Shown piece after piece: positions 26,822-37,900 of a stretch of 56,272 bases of DNA (its first letter is position 1; every line of letters starts with the position of its first letter). The notes under the pieces are model-generated. The model did not search any database and had not been told where the DNA came from. It saw only the letters and a program-made list of their open reading frames with translations. Both the position numbers and the translations under genes were made by a program. The stretch is from IMG/VR virus record IMGVR_UViG_3300037300_000108, positions 1 to 56,272 of that record; one strand, given 5' to 3'. The DNA is from a virus (Duplodnaviria > Caudoviricetes).

Positions 26822-27106
26822 ATGAAAGATTTATTCGCTCCCGCTAATGCTTTTGACTGGAGGCGATTCTCGACGGAGGAATCAGCACGCCGTGGCGAAA
26901 AGCCAAACGCCTTAGATGCAGGAACAACTTCCCGTAAGCGTAGCGTAGCCTCCACTCAGGCTATTGAGCGCATCCGGGAAAGCCAACCGGGTTACGGCAC
27001 TATCGGCATGAGCAAGAAAACTGCTGAGATGATTTCACTCAAGCCGAAAACATTTTCTATTTATAGCAAGTCTCAAACCAAAAGCAAAGGACGGGGATTT
27101 ATATGA
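26822..27106 (+). CDS. Hypothetical protein
   Basis: ORF in operon. Confidence 0.55.
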   Translation: MKDLFAPANAFDWRRFSTEESARRGEKPNALDAGTTSRKRSVASTQAIERIRESQPGYGTIGMSKKTAEMISLKPKTFSIYSKSQTKSKGRGFI

Positions 27107-27390
27107 AAGACGCAACTAGCACAGACGACATCTTGGCCGAACGCGGTAGCCGCTACGGTACATTCGTAGGCCATGCCGAAGTTACGCAAGAGCTAAAGCG
27201 CAGCATGGCTAATCACCTGGCCAAGCGCAACAAGACACTGCAAGATGACCAGTGGGAAGCCTTGGAGATGATCGTGCACAAGATAGGCCGTATCATTAAC
27301 GGAGACCCCAACTACCACGACTCATGGGCCGACATCGCAGGCTACGCTAAGCTCGTCTCAGACAGGCTTGAGACCGGCAAGACTACATAA
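27103..27390 (+). CDS. DUF6378-like protein
   Basis: LAERGSRYG.F...KIGRIINGDPNYHDSWADIAGYAKL. Confidence 0.8.
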   Translation: MKDATSTDDILAERGSRYGTFVGHAEVTQELKRSMANHLAKRNKTLQDDQWEALEMIVHKIGRIINGDPNYHDSWADIAGYAKLVSDRLETGKTT

Positions 27391-27417
27391 ATTTTTACTT
27401 TGGCTGGAGATATACAA

Positions 27418-27570
27418 ATGGACATTATTCGGAAATCTTTTGAGGCTGTCATGGCCTCCAAGGGACGCGGTGAGATGGTGCGAAATGGTGCCAATTACAA
27501 GAACGCCAACATTCAAACCAAGTGGCGCTACTTCCAGCTTGGCTGGAATTTGTCTAGGGGCAACGCATGA
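27418..27570 (+). CDS. Hypothetical protein (50 aa, not in ORF track)
   Basis: GGAG RBS; MDIIRKSFEAVM...IQTKWRYFQLGW; ATGA overlap with the next gene. Confidence 0.6.
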   Translation: MDIIRKSFEAVMASKGRGEMVRNGANYKNANIQTKWRYFQLGWNLSRGNA

Positions 27571-28340
27571 TTAGCACAATTGAAATTAGCAAGATACGCA
27601 TTGACGCTGGCACTCAAAGCCGCGAGAGCCTAAGCGAGGCATTGGTTCAGGAATACCACGAGCATCTTGAGCAAGACGGAGACTTTCCTCCCATAGAGGT
27701 TTTTCTTGATGGAACGGAGTACTTTTTAGCAGATGGCTTCCACCGGGTTCTGGCATTTCGCAGGTCGCAGCGTGAATATATTGAAGCCCGCGTGAACTTT
27801 GGCGCGGTACGTGACGCCATCCAGTACAGCCTTAGCGCAAATTCAGAGCATGGCCTGAGACGAACCCGTGCCGACAAGTGTAAAGCAGTCAACACAGCGT
27901 TAGACGATCCGAAGTGGGGAGAGTTATCTGGTCGCCAGATTGCAAAAATGTGCGGCGTCAGCCATACGTTAGTGCAGGAGGTTACAAAGAGTCGGAATTC
28001 CGACACCCCTCCAAAGGACAAACCGACCAAGCTCAAAAACTTGGTTGAGGCTCCGCTTAAGGAGGATGAAGTGGCAATATTGCCACCCCAAGCAGATGAG
28101 ATGGTGCAAGAGTTGATTTCTGAAAACGAGCGACTGCAAGACTTGGTAGCTGTTGGCGGCATGGATGGAACCGACGAAGAGAAAGCTCTTGCATCGGAAA
28201 CCATTGACGACTTAAGGGTTCAAGTAAGCAGCCTCACCACTCAATTAGAGTCCGTGAAACTGTCAAGGGATCAGTTTCAGCGCGAGTGTTCTGAATTGAA
28301 AAAGCAAGTCGGCATTTACCAGCGCCAACTTAAGAAATAA
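27567..28340 (+). CDS. ParB/Srx-like domain protein with HTH and coiled coil
   Basis: FPPIEVF...LADGFHRVLA...AN..HGLRRT...SGRQIAKMCGVSHTLV. Confidence 0.8.
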   Translation: MISTIEISKIRIDAGTQSRESLSEALVQEYHEHLEQDGDFPPIEVFLDGTEYFLADGFHRVLAFRRSQREYIEARVNFGAVRDAIQYSLSANSEHGLRRTRADKCKAVNTALDDPKWGELSGRQIAKMCGVSHTLVQEVTKSRNSDTPPKDKPTKLKNLVEAPLKEDEVAILPPQADEMVQELISENERLQDLVAVGGMDGTDEEKALASETIDDLRVQVSSLTTQLESVKLSRDQFQRECSELKKQVGIYQRQLKK

Positions 28341-28391
28341 AAAACGCCAACGCCGGGTGGCTATGTCCCGGTAGTTCTAGGAGAAATAAAT

Positions 28392-29876
28392 ATGCTGCAT
28401 CTAAGGCAGTACCAGATCGACTCGATTGAGGGTTTAAGGCAGGCGTTCCGTGGGGGTCACTCGCACATTGTGTTGGCCGCAGCTACGGGAGCTGGCAAAT
28501 CAGTTATCGCCATGACCATGCTGGAGAGCGCCGTCAAGAAGGGTGCCCGTGTGATGTTCGTTTGCGACAGGCGGGTATTGGTAGACCAATTCTCCCGTCA
28601 TTTAGATGGGAGCGGCGTCGAGCACGGCATTTGCATGGCTGGTCACTGGCGGCATAGACCGCACGCCAATGTACAGGTGGCATCTATCCAGACGCTTGAG
28701 CGCATGAAGGGTTGGCCAGACGTAGATTTAATCTTGGTTGATGAGATACACGCCGTCATGCGTAAAAGTCTCAAGACCTTTCTAAGCAACCACAAGGATC
28801 TGCGCGTTATTGGAATGACTGCCACTCCGTTTCACGCCGAGATGGGCAAGTACTTCACAAACGTAACCAACGTTGTGACCATGCGCCAATTGGTAGACGA
28901 AGGATTCTTGGTTCCGTTTCGGGTGTTTGTGGCCAAGGAAATTGATATGTCTGGCGTCAAGGTGGTGGCTGGTGAATGGCAGAAAGACGAGACTGAAAAG
29001 CGCGGTCTTCAAATCGTCGGCGACGTTGTGTCGGACTACATACGAATCAGCCAAGACGTGTTTGGCGGGCCGCGCAAGACTATTTGTTTTTCATCGGGCG
29101 TGGCACATGGTGAGCAATTGGTACAGCGCTTCCAAGAACACGGAATCAACGCGGTACAGATCAGCTATAAGGATACGGATGATTTCAAGGAAGAGGTCTT
29201 AAAAGACTTCTCTCAGCCGGATACAGAGATCAAGATTGTCATTAGCTCTGACATTCTGACTCGCGGCTTTGACCAGACCGATGTAGAGCACGTCATCATT
29301 GCTAGGCCGCTGAGAAAAGCATTCTCTATGCACGTTCAGATGGTAGGACGTGGAGCCAGGCCTCACCCCGGAAAAAAGTTCTGCATTTTGCAAGATCACT
29401 CAGGTAACTGGTTACGCTTTGCTGATGACTGGGCACAAGTGTACGAAGAGGGAACGAAGGAGCTTAACTCCGAGAACGACACCAAGACTCGTAAGGAGAA
29501 AACAGACGAGCAAAAGGAGCAGTGCAAATGCCCGAAGTGCTCCGCCTTGTGGCCTATAGGCTCAGACACTTGCACCAACTGCGGCCATACACGCCAGCGC
29601 AGAAGCATGGTGGCAGAGATGCCGGGAATCATGGAAGAGCTTTCCGGTGCAGCCAAAAGGGACGAGAAGCAGGCGTTCTGGTCTATGTGCCAATACAAAA
29701 TAAAAATGGAGGGCTGGAGTCCCGGGCGCGGGGCACACACCTATAAAGAAAAGTTTGGCGTTTTTCCAAGAGGTCTTGTTGACTCGGCATCATCACCAGA
29801 TATAGGTTTTGAGAAGTTTGTGAAGTCCAGACTGATTGCCTATCTCAAGGGTAAACGTCAAGGGCTTTCATCATGA
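28392..29876 (+). CDS. SF2 (RadD/YejH-like) helicase
   Basis: ATGAGKS, DEIH, GMTATP, QMVGRGAR, C-terminal CPKC/CTNC. Confidence 0.92.
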   Translation: MLHLRQYQIDSIEGLRQAFRGGHSHIVLAAATGAGKSVIAMTMLESAVKKGARVMFVCDRRVLVDQFSRHLDGSGVEHGICMAGHWRHRPHANVQVASIQTLERMKGWPDVDLILVDEIHAVMRKSLKTFLSNHKDLRVIGMTATPFHAEMGKYFTNVTNVVTMRQLVDEGFLVPFRVFVAKEIDMSGVKVVAGEWQKDETEKRGLQIVGDVVSDYIRISQDVFGGPRKTICFSSGVAHGEQLVQRFQEHGINAVQISYKDTDDFKEEVLKDFSQPDTEIKIVISSDILTRGFDQTDVEHVIIARPLRKAFSMHVQMVGRGARPHPGKKFCILQDHSGNWLRFADDWAQVYEEGTKELNSENDTKTRKEKTDEQKEQCKCPKCSALWPIGSDTCTNCGHTRQRRSMVAEMPGIMEELSGAAKRDEKQAFWSMCQYKIKMEGWSPGRGAHTYKEKFGVFPRGLVDSASSPDIGFEKFVKSRLIAYLKGKRQGLSS

Positions 29877-30712
29877 CCGACTTGATTAGTTTTGCCAGAG
29901 CGCATGGAATCATCATTGATACCCTGCCAACACCAGGCGCTTGGCGTCGATACCCTACGACGGACAAGCCGCACAAGCGCAACGGTTCAATGAAGTTTAT
30001 GCTTGACCATGCTTTTCTATACAACTGGGCAATTGACCAAGAGGTAATTGTCTGGAGTGGACAAGCCCCGGCAGGCATGAACCCAGAGCGAATTGCGAAG
30101 ATGAGCAAGGACGCCGACAACAAGCGGTTAGCCCTACAGAGGAAAGCGGCAGGTAAAGCGGCTGGCCTGCTCAACAACTGCCAGAGAGGCTCACACCCGT
30201 ACTTGCAGCGCAAAGGATTTGAAGACGAGCCGGGTAACGTCTACGTCAAAGAGGGTCACGGCTACCTCATTATCCCTATGCGCGTGAATGGAAACTTGGT
30301 AGGGGCGCAAATCATATCCGAGGACGGTGAGAAGAAGTTTCTGTTCGGTCAGCGAAGTAAGGGTGCTGAGTTTGTTTTTGATAACAAGGGGCCACACATA
30401 CTCACGGAAGGCTATGCCACAGCTTTGTCAGTAAGAGCGGCAATGAAAGCGCTGAAGATGCGCTACACCATCCATGTTTGCTTTTCTGCGCACAACCTAC
30501 TGCACATTAGCAGGGAGTTGAACGACTGCTTCATCATCTCGGATAACGACGAGTCCAAAACAGGCGAGAAGATTGCCGAGCAGTCCGGCAAGCGTTGGTG
30601 GATGCCGCCTACGGTTGGTCATGACTTCAATGACATGCACCAAGAGCTAGGTTTATTCAAGTCAAGCCAAGCCCTGCAAAAAGCAATGAGGACTACCAGT
30701 CAAACTTCGTGA
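29873..30712 (+). CDS. Toprim-domain primase
   Basis: HPYLQRKG...EGYATALS...SDND...GHDFND. Confidence 0.85.
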   Translation: MTDLISFARAHGIIIDTLPTPGAWRRYPTTDKPHKRNGSMKFMLDHAFLYNWAIDQEVIVWSGQAPAGMNPERIAKMSKDADNKRLALQRKAAGKAAGLLNNCQRGSHPYLQRKGFEDEPGNVYVKEGHGYLIIPMRVNGNLVGAQIISEDGEKKFLFGQRSKGAEFVFDNKGPHILTEGYATALSVRAAMKALKMRYTIHVCFSAHNLLHISRELNDCFIISDNDESKTGEKIAEQSGKRWWMPPTVGHDFNDMHQELGLFKSSQALQKAMRTTSQTS

Positions 30713-30977
30713 GCGCGTCATCTACAGAGACAACGATGTGCAAGTTATCACCCGGCCAGCCGTCATGAAATCCCTGTTCAGCAGGAGATAGACGACGCGC
30801 CGACGGCGGTTTCTTGCCGTCCTTTACTTCAAGCAAGATGGTTTTACCCAGGTGATTGCACAGCAAATCAAAGGCTCCCTCGTCATTGATCTGCTTGACA
30901 AACACCCCTCGGGAGCGAAGTGCTTCAATTATTTCTTGCTCGTTTGAGTCTCTGCGTGCAGCTCTTCTCACTATCAA
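30693..30977 (-). CDS. VRR-NUC / Holliday-junction resolvase-like nuclease
   Basis: RDSNEQEIIEALR...DLL...LLEVKDG...LSPAEQGFH. Confidence 0.8.
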   Translation of the reverse strand: MIVRRAARRDSNEQEIIEALRSRGVFVKQINDEGAFDLLCNHLGKTILLEVKDGKKPPSARRLSPAEQGFHDGWPGDNLHIVVSVDDALTKFDW

Positions 30978-31065
30978 CTCCTTGTTTTCAATAGGAAAAA
31001 TTAATCACGATTTATTAACCTACCTGTTAACATGATGTTCAATATAACACCTAGCAAGCACTAAG

Positions 31066-31947
31066 ATGAAAATTACAAACATATACGGCTTACCGCAAAC
31101 AATTGTAAATGCCGTAAATCGCCCGTCCTATACAAAAGAAGGAGCCAACATGTCGGTCACTGAGCTGCTTGGCAGTCCCAGGATTGTGCAGCTTAAACGC
31201 CGATACTGGAATGATCTTGAGCAGGACGCCAGCGAAATGGTTTGGAGCTTGTTTGGAACAGCAATTCACCAAGTACTTGAGCATGGCAAAGATGATAACC
31301 ACATCATTGAGCAAAGGCTGCACGCGACTGTAGACGGATGGCACATTAGCGGAGCCATTGACTTGCAGGTTCTCACGCCAGATGGCATGGAGATTTCAGA
31401 CTACAAGACCACATCGGCGTACAAAGTTATGGCCGGTTCTACAGATTGGGAAGAGCAGCTTAACATTTACGCCTTCTTGGTTGAGGAACAAAAGAAGACG
31501 CCAATTTCAAAGCTACAGATCGTGGCTATCGTGCGCGATTGGGTTGGACGGGACACCTACAAAGAAGGCTACCCCAAGGCTCCTATCGTTTCACTTGACA
31601 TCCCGCTCTGGCCGCAAGAGAACCGGTTGAAGTTCATTCAAGATCGCATTACCGCGCACGCAGACGCATTGTTTGCACAGGAGACAGACGCCGACCTGCC
31701 GGAATGTACGCCTCGGGATATGTGGGAAAAGCAAACGAGCTACGCCATCATGAAAGACGGCGGCGTTCGTGCCAAGTCTGTTCACGCGTCCAAGGAAGAG
31801 GCAGAAACGTCATTGGCTGAGATTAAGGAATTTAAGAAGTACCAAATTGTTGAGCGTCCGGGCGAAAGGACTCGTTGCGCCAACTATTGCCAAGTCAGTA
31901 AATACTGTTCCCAGTATCAAAAATTTATCAACCAACCCCAGGAGTAA
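31066..31947 (+). CDS. PD-(D/E)XK (Cas4/RecB-like) exonuclease
   Basis: GTAIH...E...SGAIDL...DYKTT...QLNIY; C-terminal RC..YC....YC. Confidence 0.85.
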   Translation: MKITNIYGLPQTIVNAVNRPSYTKEGANMSVTELLGSPRIVQLKRRYWNDLEQDASEMVWSLFGTAIHQVLEHGKDDNHIIEQRLHATVDGWHISGAIDLQVLTPDGMEISDYKTTSAYKVMAGSTDWEEQLNIYAFLVEEQKKTPISKLQIVAIVRDWVGRDTYKEGYPKAPIVSLDIPLWPQENRLKFIQDRITAHADALFAQETDADLPECTPRDMWEKQTSYAIMKDGGVRAKSVHASKEEAETSLAEIKEFKKYQIVERPGERTRCANYCQVSKYCSQYQKFINQPQE

Positions 31948-31949
31948 AA

Positions 31950-32165
31950 ATGTCCCGAATCTATTACGTGTCAGCACCCGGCTCTAAAAACCATCTCGTT
32001 CGAGCAAACACGCCGCAGCAGGCAGTGGCTCTGGTCGCTAGGGAGGCATTCCAAGTTCGAGTTGCATCTCAGGATGACATCGTTCACGAGATCAGTAGAG
32101 GCGAAAAAGTCAAAGAGGCTTTGATGCCAACTCAGGATGAGATTAAACATGGAGCAGAAGAATGA
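31950..32165 (+). CDS. Hypothetical protein
   Basis: RIYYV...LVRANTPQQA...VASQDD; AGGAG RBS. Confidence 0.7.
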   Translation: MSRIYYVSAPGSKNHLVRANTPQQAVALVAREAFQVRVASQDDIVHEISRGEKVKEALMPTQDEIKHGAEE

Positions 32166-32860
32166 GCGAAAACCATTACGCCGAGTTAGCCAATATTGAC
32201 GTTAGCAAGTACGTCGAGAAAAAGCAAAACTTGTCATACCTGTCTTGGCCATTTGCCGTAGACCAACTCATGCGCCGCGATTCAACGGCTAACTGGGTAT
32301 TCAACGACCCGTCCATGTTTGGCGAATCCATGATGGTTTCTTGCACCGTCACGGCGTTCGGTAAGCCTATAACCATGCACCTACCCGTCATGGATCACCG
32401 CAATCAAGCCATTAAGAACCCAAACGCATTTGAAGTTAACAAGAACATGATGCGTTGCTTGGTTAAAGCTATTGCCTGTCATGGTCTTGGCATCCAACTG
32501 TACGCAGGTGAGGATTTGCCGCTTGAGGATTTGTCCGTAAAAGACAAGCCAAAAGTAGAAGCGAAGGAGCCGAGTGGCAATATTGCCACTCCAAAACCAC
32601 CAGCTCAAATTGAAGGCCGAGAAGGCCCGTGGCAGTTGAACGTAAAAGCAGATCCTAGCGCCGACATGGCCGCGTGGACAAGCATCGTGACAGAGGCGTG
32701 CAAGCTCGCGCTAGAACAGTGCCAAAGTAAGGTTGATGTTATGAGTATCTTTAAGGTGAACCGGAACATCTTTGACCGTATGAAGGCTAACTCCCCTGAT
32801 GAGTACACTCAACTTATGGCTCTGTTTAAAGAGCGCAAAGAATTTTTCAAGGAACAATAA
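32162..32860 (+). CDS. sak: Sak-like (DUF1071, Rad52 family) ssDNA annealing protein
   Basis: VEKKQNLSYLSW...LPVMDHRN...MRCLVKAIA.HGLG..LYAGEDLP. Confidence 0.88.
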   Translation: MSENHYAELANIDVSKYVEKKQNLSYLSWPFAVDQLMRRDSTANWVFNDPSMFGESMMVSCTVTAFGKPITMHLPVMDHRNQAIKNPNAFEVNKNMMRCLVKAIACHGLGIQLYAGEDLPLEDLSVKDKPKVEAKEPSGNIATPKPPAQIEGREGPWQLNVKADPSADMAAWTSIVTEACKLALEQCQSKVDVMSIFKVNRNIFDRMKANSPDEYTQLMALFKERKEFFKEQ

Positions 32861-32861
32861 A

Positions 32862-33224
32862 ATGAATTCAATAACCGTAGCTGGAATTGTTGGCAACTCA
32901 GAACTCAAGCAACTCAACAGTGGCGATGCTATTTTGAACTTCTCAATAGCCGACTCAGAGGGCCGAGACAAACCAACTATTTGGTGGAATTGCAGTCTTT
33001 TTGGTAAACGCGCTGAGTCTTTGGCTCCTTACGTTCAGAAAGGTAGCAAGGTTACAGCCGTTGGAAAAGTAAGCCAGCGCCAGTACACCGATAAGAATGG
33101 CATTGAGAAAACTTCAATGGAAATTCGCGTCAACGAAATTGCACTCCAAGGCGGCAAAGAACAGGCTGAATCTAAGCCAGCCCCAAAACCCGTGCCAGAA
33201 GACGACACAGATTTGCCTTTTTAG
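32862..33224 (+). CDS. ssb: Single-stranded DNA-binding protein
   Basis: MNSITVAG...WWNCSLFGKRAE...KGSKV; acidic tail DDTDLPF. Confidence 0.92.
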   Translation: MNSITVAGIVGNSELKQLNSGDAILNFSIADSEGRDKPTIWWNCSLFGKRAESLAPYVQKGSKVTAVGKVSQRQYTDKNGIEKTSMEIRVNEIALQGGKEQAESKPAPKPVPEDDTDLPF

Positions 33225-33230
33225 TTTACG

Positions 33231-33295
33231 GGGGAAAGCCGATGCTGTGCGTTGTGGGCTTTCCAGCAATGCAATACAGACGCAGCGAGTACCCC
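33231..33295 (+). ncRNA. Candidate structured RNA (long hairpin with loop-E-like internal loop)
   Basis: GGGG/CCCC closing stem, GAA opposite AGTA, inner CTGT/ACAG and TGCGTTG/CAATGCA stems. Confidence 0.45.
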
Positions 33296-33317
33296 ACCTT
33301 TTACAGAAAACTACACA

Positions 33318-33764
33318 ATGAACAACTACGAACGAACCGCTGACTGGCTTTCGGCCTGCGGCAAAGAGCCAACACCGGAGAATCTATCCGTGCAAATTGG
33401 CTGTCACATTGAAGAGTTTTGTGAGTTTATCAAGACGCTACGCACTGACAGCGAAGGTTACGCCAAACTGCTAGACCGTACCCGTTTGGACTTGGAGTGG
33501 TTTGCCACCAAGCTCAAACGTAAGGAGCAGCAGGTTTACATTCCAGTTCACTTTCGCGCGGAGGCGTTAGACGCACTGTGCGATACCGATGTGACGGGTA
33601 ACGGCGTTGCCTTTATGGCAGGCTTTAACAAGAACGGTGCAGACCAATTGGTTCTAGCCAGCAATGAGGCCAAGCTAGTTGACGGAAAGCCAGTTCTGCT
33701 TGAAGGCGGGAAGATAGGCAAACCAACCGGCTGGAAGGCTCCTGATCTGCATGGGTTTGTGTGA
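33318..33764 (+). CDS. MazG/PRA-PH-like NTP pyrophosphohydrolase
   Basis: IEEFCEF...EALDALCD...SNEAK...GKIGKPTGWKAPDL. Confidence 0.8.
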   Translation: MNNYERTADWLSACGKEPTPENLSVQIGCHIEEFCEFIKTLRTDSEGYAKLLDRTRLDLEWFATKLKRKEQQVYIPVHFRAEALDALCDTDVTGNGVAFMAGFNKNGADQLVLASNEAKLVDGKPVLLEGGKIGKPTGWKAPDLHGFV

Positions 33765-34180
33765 TGAATCCCTATCCAAACTTTGAGGCACTGAAAATTG
33801 CTATGAAGCAGGATAAGGACGGAATGGTCCTGACTCTTCGTATCCACCCAGACGAGCTGCCGTCCGATCTTATGCGCGACTTTGTTGGCGCTCGCTATCA
33901 GGTCGTTATGGTTCGGTTGGATGGAGAGGAAAAGCCGATGAACCGCGAGCAGGCCAACTCTACCGATTGGGTCAGGGCGGCAGGTATTTTGTCGCGTGAT
34001 CCAGCTTTCTCTGCTTGGTTGTCCCATAACGGAGAGCTGCTTGACCCAGACCAGGCCGAGGCGGTTTCTTGGTTGCGAGATCATCTCGGAGTGAAGTCTC
34101 GTGCAGAAATTGTAAACAATGATTTGGCGATTGCTAGACTTCGCATATTGCTTAAGGAGTTTAACCAGTGGAAAAACTAA
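33761..34180 (+). CDS. Conserved phage protein
   Basis: FEALKIAMKQDKDG...GVKSRAEI. Confidence 0.7.
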   Translation: MMNPYPNFEALKIAMKQDKDGMVLTLRIHPDELPSDLMRDFVGARYQVVMVRLDGEEKPMNREQANSTDWVRAAGILSRDPAFSAWLSHNGELLDPDQAEAVSWLRDHLGVKSRAEIVNNDLAIARLRILLKEFNQWKN

Positions 34181-34440
34181 TACCGTACACGGTTCACCTG
34201 CCGCCAGAACTGCACAGGAAGCTGAAAATGGCAGCGCAAAACCGCAAGGCAGCGGGAATAGTTCGGGAGGCCCTGACAGCGTTTCTGGATAATCTGGACC
34301 CCTATGAGGCAGGAGTAAGAGCCGGTATCCGCACGGCGCAAGAAGAAGTCAGACTTCAGCCGCTGCTTAATAGCTTGATGTGGAAGAACGAATCAATGGC
34401 AACCATTGTGAACAAATTATTGGAAAACTCTAATGGCTAA
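34168..34440 (+). CDS. Ribbon-helix-helix-like DNA-binding protein
   Basis: YTVHLPPELHRKLK...IVREAL. Confidence 0.55.
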   Translation: MEKLIPYTVHLPPELHRKLKMAAQNRKAAGIVREALTAFLDNLDPYEAGVRAGIRTAQEEVRLQPLLNSLMWKNESMATIVNKLLENSNG

Positions 34441-34627
34441 ACGACAAGGCATCGCACTGCTACAGGCGAAGCGAGACCCCATACCTTTAGAGCAAATTAC
34501 TTTGAGAGACTTCTTTGCTGCATTTGCCTGCATCGGCGCAAGCTCTATGGCGGCACCGAAGGAAATTGCTACTCAGTCCTACGCCGTGGCAGACGCCATG
34601 CTGGATGAGCGTACCGATGTGGAGTAA
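34433..34627 (+). CDS. Small protein (LRDFFAA...YAVADAML family)
   Basis: Motif shared with 24483..24692. Confidence 0.65.
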   Translation: MAKRQGIALLQAKRDPIPLEQITLRDFFAAFACIGASSMAAPKEIATQSYAVADAMLDERTDVE

Positions 34628-34629
34628 AA

Positions 34630-34878
34630 ATGAATAATAACCTTACGGCAAAGCAGCGCAATCACATTGGCGCTGTTAAGGGACTGCCTTGCTCTGTATG
34701 TGATGTGTCTGGGCCGTCGGATGCCCATCACATTGAGCAAAAACTTCAATACTGCGTTGTTGCACTATGCAGATCGTGTCATAGTAGCTTACATGGTGAA
34801 AAGTTAATTTGGAAAGTTAAGAAACTAGATGAAATTAAAGCCCTAAACATCACCATAGAAAGACTTGTAAATGGTTGA
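34630..34878 (+). CDS. HNH-like Zn protein (Ref/DUF968-like)
   Basis: LPCSVC...DAHH...LCRSCH. Confidence 0.7.
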   Translation: MNNNLTAKQRNHIGAVKGLPCSVCDVSGPSDAHHIEQKLQYCVVALCRSCHSSLHGEKLIWKVKKLDEIKALNITIERLVNG

Positions 34879-34932
34879 GATAAACATAATCTAGCTGAGA
34901 CGGTTGAATAGCTTATGAACCCCAAGTAATCC

Positions 34933-37900
34933 TTACTTCGATACTTCGTCAAAACTCTCGTTGACGCGCATCATCCGTACTTTAATAGCCTCTTCAATTT
35001 TTTTGGCCAGTTCTTTGTTGTCTTTCTCTATTGCATTGCGACGTTGTTTTCGCAGCTTTTGAATTTCTCTGTATTGAATGTTGGCAGATGCAGATAGTCT
35101 GGCCTCCGGGTTTTCCCGTATATAACCCTGAACATCACCACGCCGCTCTTTGAGTCCTTCAACTGCTCTGGTATGGCCATTTAATTCCGTTAGGTTTCGA
35201 TAGAACGCATTGGCCGTGGGTGCCATGCCCTTTATGTCGCCATAGAATCGGCCAAACAAAGGGACGTTGTAAGGGGGCAACTCTTCGCCGGTCGAAAGTG
35301 ATTTAGCGGTCTTGGCTACTTTAAGAAACTCTCGGCCAATACCGCCAGTGGCTTGCCCAATCAAGTATTCCAAATCGTCTGCCGTTGGACTCAAAGCGCC
35401 CTTCTTATCCTCAGTTCCACCGCTGGCAAAGTTAAGGAAGTAGGCCACCTGCTCACCAAGCCAAGAAGAAGAATCTTTTGACCGCGAGTACCCCGGCGTT
35501 GGATCTAAGTCACTGAAGTCTTTCCGGGAAATGTCCTGTCCAGTCCAGTCTTTGTTTTCAAACAAGGCAACCATCGGATCGAACACAGTCGGCGCAAAGG
35601 TTTGAAACGACCAGCCAGCATTGCCAACCGGGTTAAACATATCCAGCATGGCGTCTGTAATGTCCAAGACACGACGCGGCGTATCTTTAAATCCACTGAG
35701 CGCCCACTCCGTAATAATGCGAGTTGTATTTGGCAGCACGTTAAAGCCAAGTGGCATTGGGAATGCAAGATATTTGCCGTCGCCAATAGGAATTATGTAG
35801 TTCCGCTGCTTAATAAATTCTGGAGGCTCTTCTTCGTCAAACCCCGCACCAGCCAGCAGTAGAGCTTGCATGGAGCCTAAAAGAAAGGCGCCAGCAGCAA
35901 TCTTTTTGCCAACAGGTGATTTAAGCAACTGGAACATCCGGGTTGTGCCCTGAACCGATGCGTTAAAGAAAGCGTACAGCGCACCGGCCTGTGTAGCGAC
36001 TTGGCCTTTGCGGTTAAAGTTGACGGTTAATTCTTTGGCAATGGCGGCAGCACGCTGCTTAGCTGATCCGGCATCCGTACCTTCGCCGATAAACTTATCC
36101 TTAGCCGCTTTGTAGGCCGACAGACGGATTGAGTTTTCCATTGACTCGTTGTAGTCGGACAGCCAATCAAACAAAGGCTTTGCTGTTTTACGCGCCTGCT
36201 CCAAAGGAACCTTCAAAGTGCCATTGGCTGAGAACACATTACCCAAAGGAGATTCAGACCAACTGGCCGGGTCAATCATCCGCTGAATAGCCGTAGCCCG
36301 CTCGTTCGATTGACTAAACACATCTCGGAAGCCAGTTTGACCACCTTCTTTTTGGAACTCTTCGTACAATTTAGACCACTCAGTTTCGGGTTTCTCGCCC
36401 TTACGAAGTTTTCTTGTGGACTGATAGATGGCTCGCAAAGCTGGAAGAGTACCGGCTACTACTTTCTTTTTCTGGTCGGCAATTTCAGTATCGTTAATTT
36501 GAATCAAGCCAGCTTGCACATCACGCAAGAAGTTGTAGGCTCCAAACACCGGGTTGTACTGAGTGTTAATTGCAGAGAAGTAACGAGTAATCTTGGCCAT
36601 AGTGCTCATGGCAATACCAAGCTGGTCGGCATCCATGTTCTTCAGGGATTCGACCATTCTCTTGGCGCGAGCATCGTTTGCGTTGAACAGCAGGAACTTG
36701 TCTTCGCCGTTAACTCTTGCGGAGAAAACGAAGGGGTTCGCAAAAGACGAATTTGGTTCGTACACAACCTTGTTGCGAGCCTTGTCGTACCGCGCTTTCA
36801 TTGGCGGCATCATGATGTTTTCCACCAGGGCCGGGTCAAGCCCCAAGTCCGTCAATTGTTGTCGAACCTTGTCCAGCGAACCAAGCGCTTTAGACTTTTC
36901 CTTTTTCAGTAACTTTTTGTACAGCGTTATTTCACGCTCGTAATCTTTGATGTTGCTCGGGTCAACGTCACCTTCTTCAATAATGGTTTCCATTAATGTA
37001 ATGTCGTCTTGAAGCTGACGCTCCATGCGCAAGGACTGCCAAACTGGATTGGTTGATGGGTCAAGAGCCAGCCAAAAATCTGGATTAGGATTCTGCAAAG
37101 CAAGGCCGTACAAAGCCTGTGCCACCCGGTTTTTCTCCGCACGAACAATTGCACGCTCCCGTTGAATGGCTAGGTTGGCCAAAATTTCGTTAACGTTCAC
37201 ATCCTTTGTCGAGCCTGTACGAGATTTGGCAGAAGCGCCGCTGGTGCTGTAGCCTGCGCCCTGAGACATGGCCTTGCTGGTATCAAAGTCCGCATCTACG
37301 CGGTTCAATGGAATGTAAAAGCTGAACATATCGCGCCAGGTGGCAATAGTTTCTGGGCTCTCTAGGCCGTACTCTACCAACTCGTCTTGCATTTTGCGCG
37401 TGCCGTCGTCAATCAAGGCGGCAACTTGCTCAAATTGTTTCCGTTTTTGGGGGCTCAGATCCTCCATGTACTTCAGTGCGTCGGCAGTTTTAATTCCCGA
37501 GCCGCCGTCTGGATAACGCTCGTTACGCTCAGCAATGTGTGCGTTGGCTTCTGGCGCATGGCGGTTGTGCAAGTACTCGCCCACATCTTCTTTGGTCAGA
37601 CCGAACTTCTGGATTGCCTCTACTTGCTTTTTGAGCTCGTCTTCCAAGTAGGCTTTGGTGCGTGTAGCGGTACGCCCGTGATACAGCGTCTCCTGTAGGT
37701 AAGCGTCCCATTTTGCACCAATGTTTTTGCTCGTGGATTTGATGGAATCTACTACTCGCTTCAAGTCAATTTGCTTGTTTTGGAGACTGTAAATAACGTC
37801 GTCTTTGAGCAAGCCCATGATCTTGGTATCGGTAGGCATCGTCCACGTAGTAATGACGCCATCCCCAAAGATGTTTTCTCTACGGGCTTTTTGCTCGACA

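Noticed and set aside
31066-31947. CRISPR Cas4
   Set aside because: Sits with Sak and SSB in a recombination module; no cas genes or array
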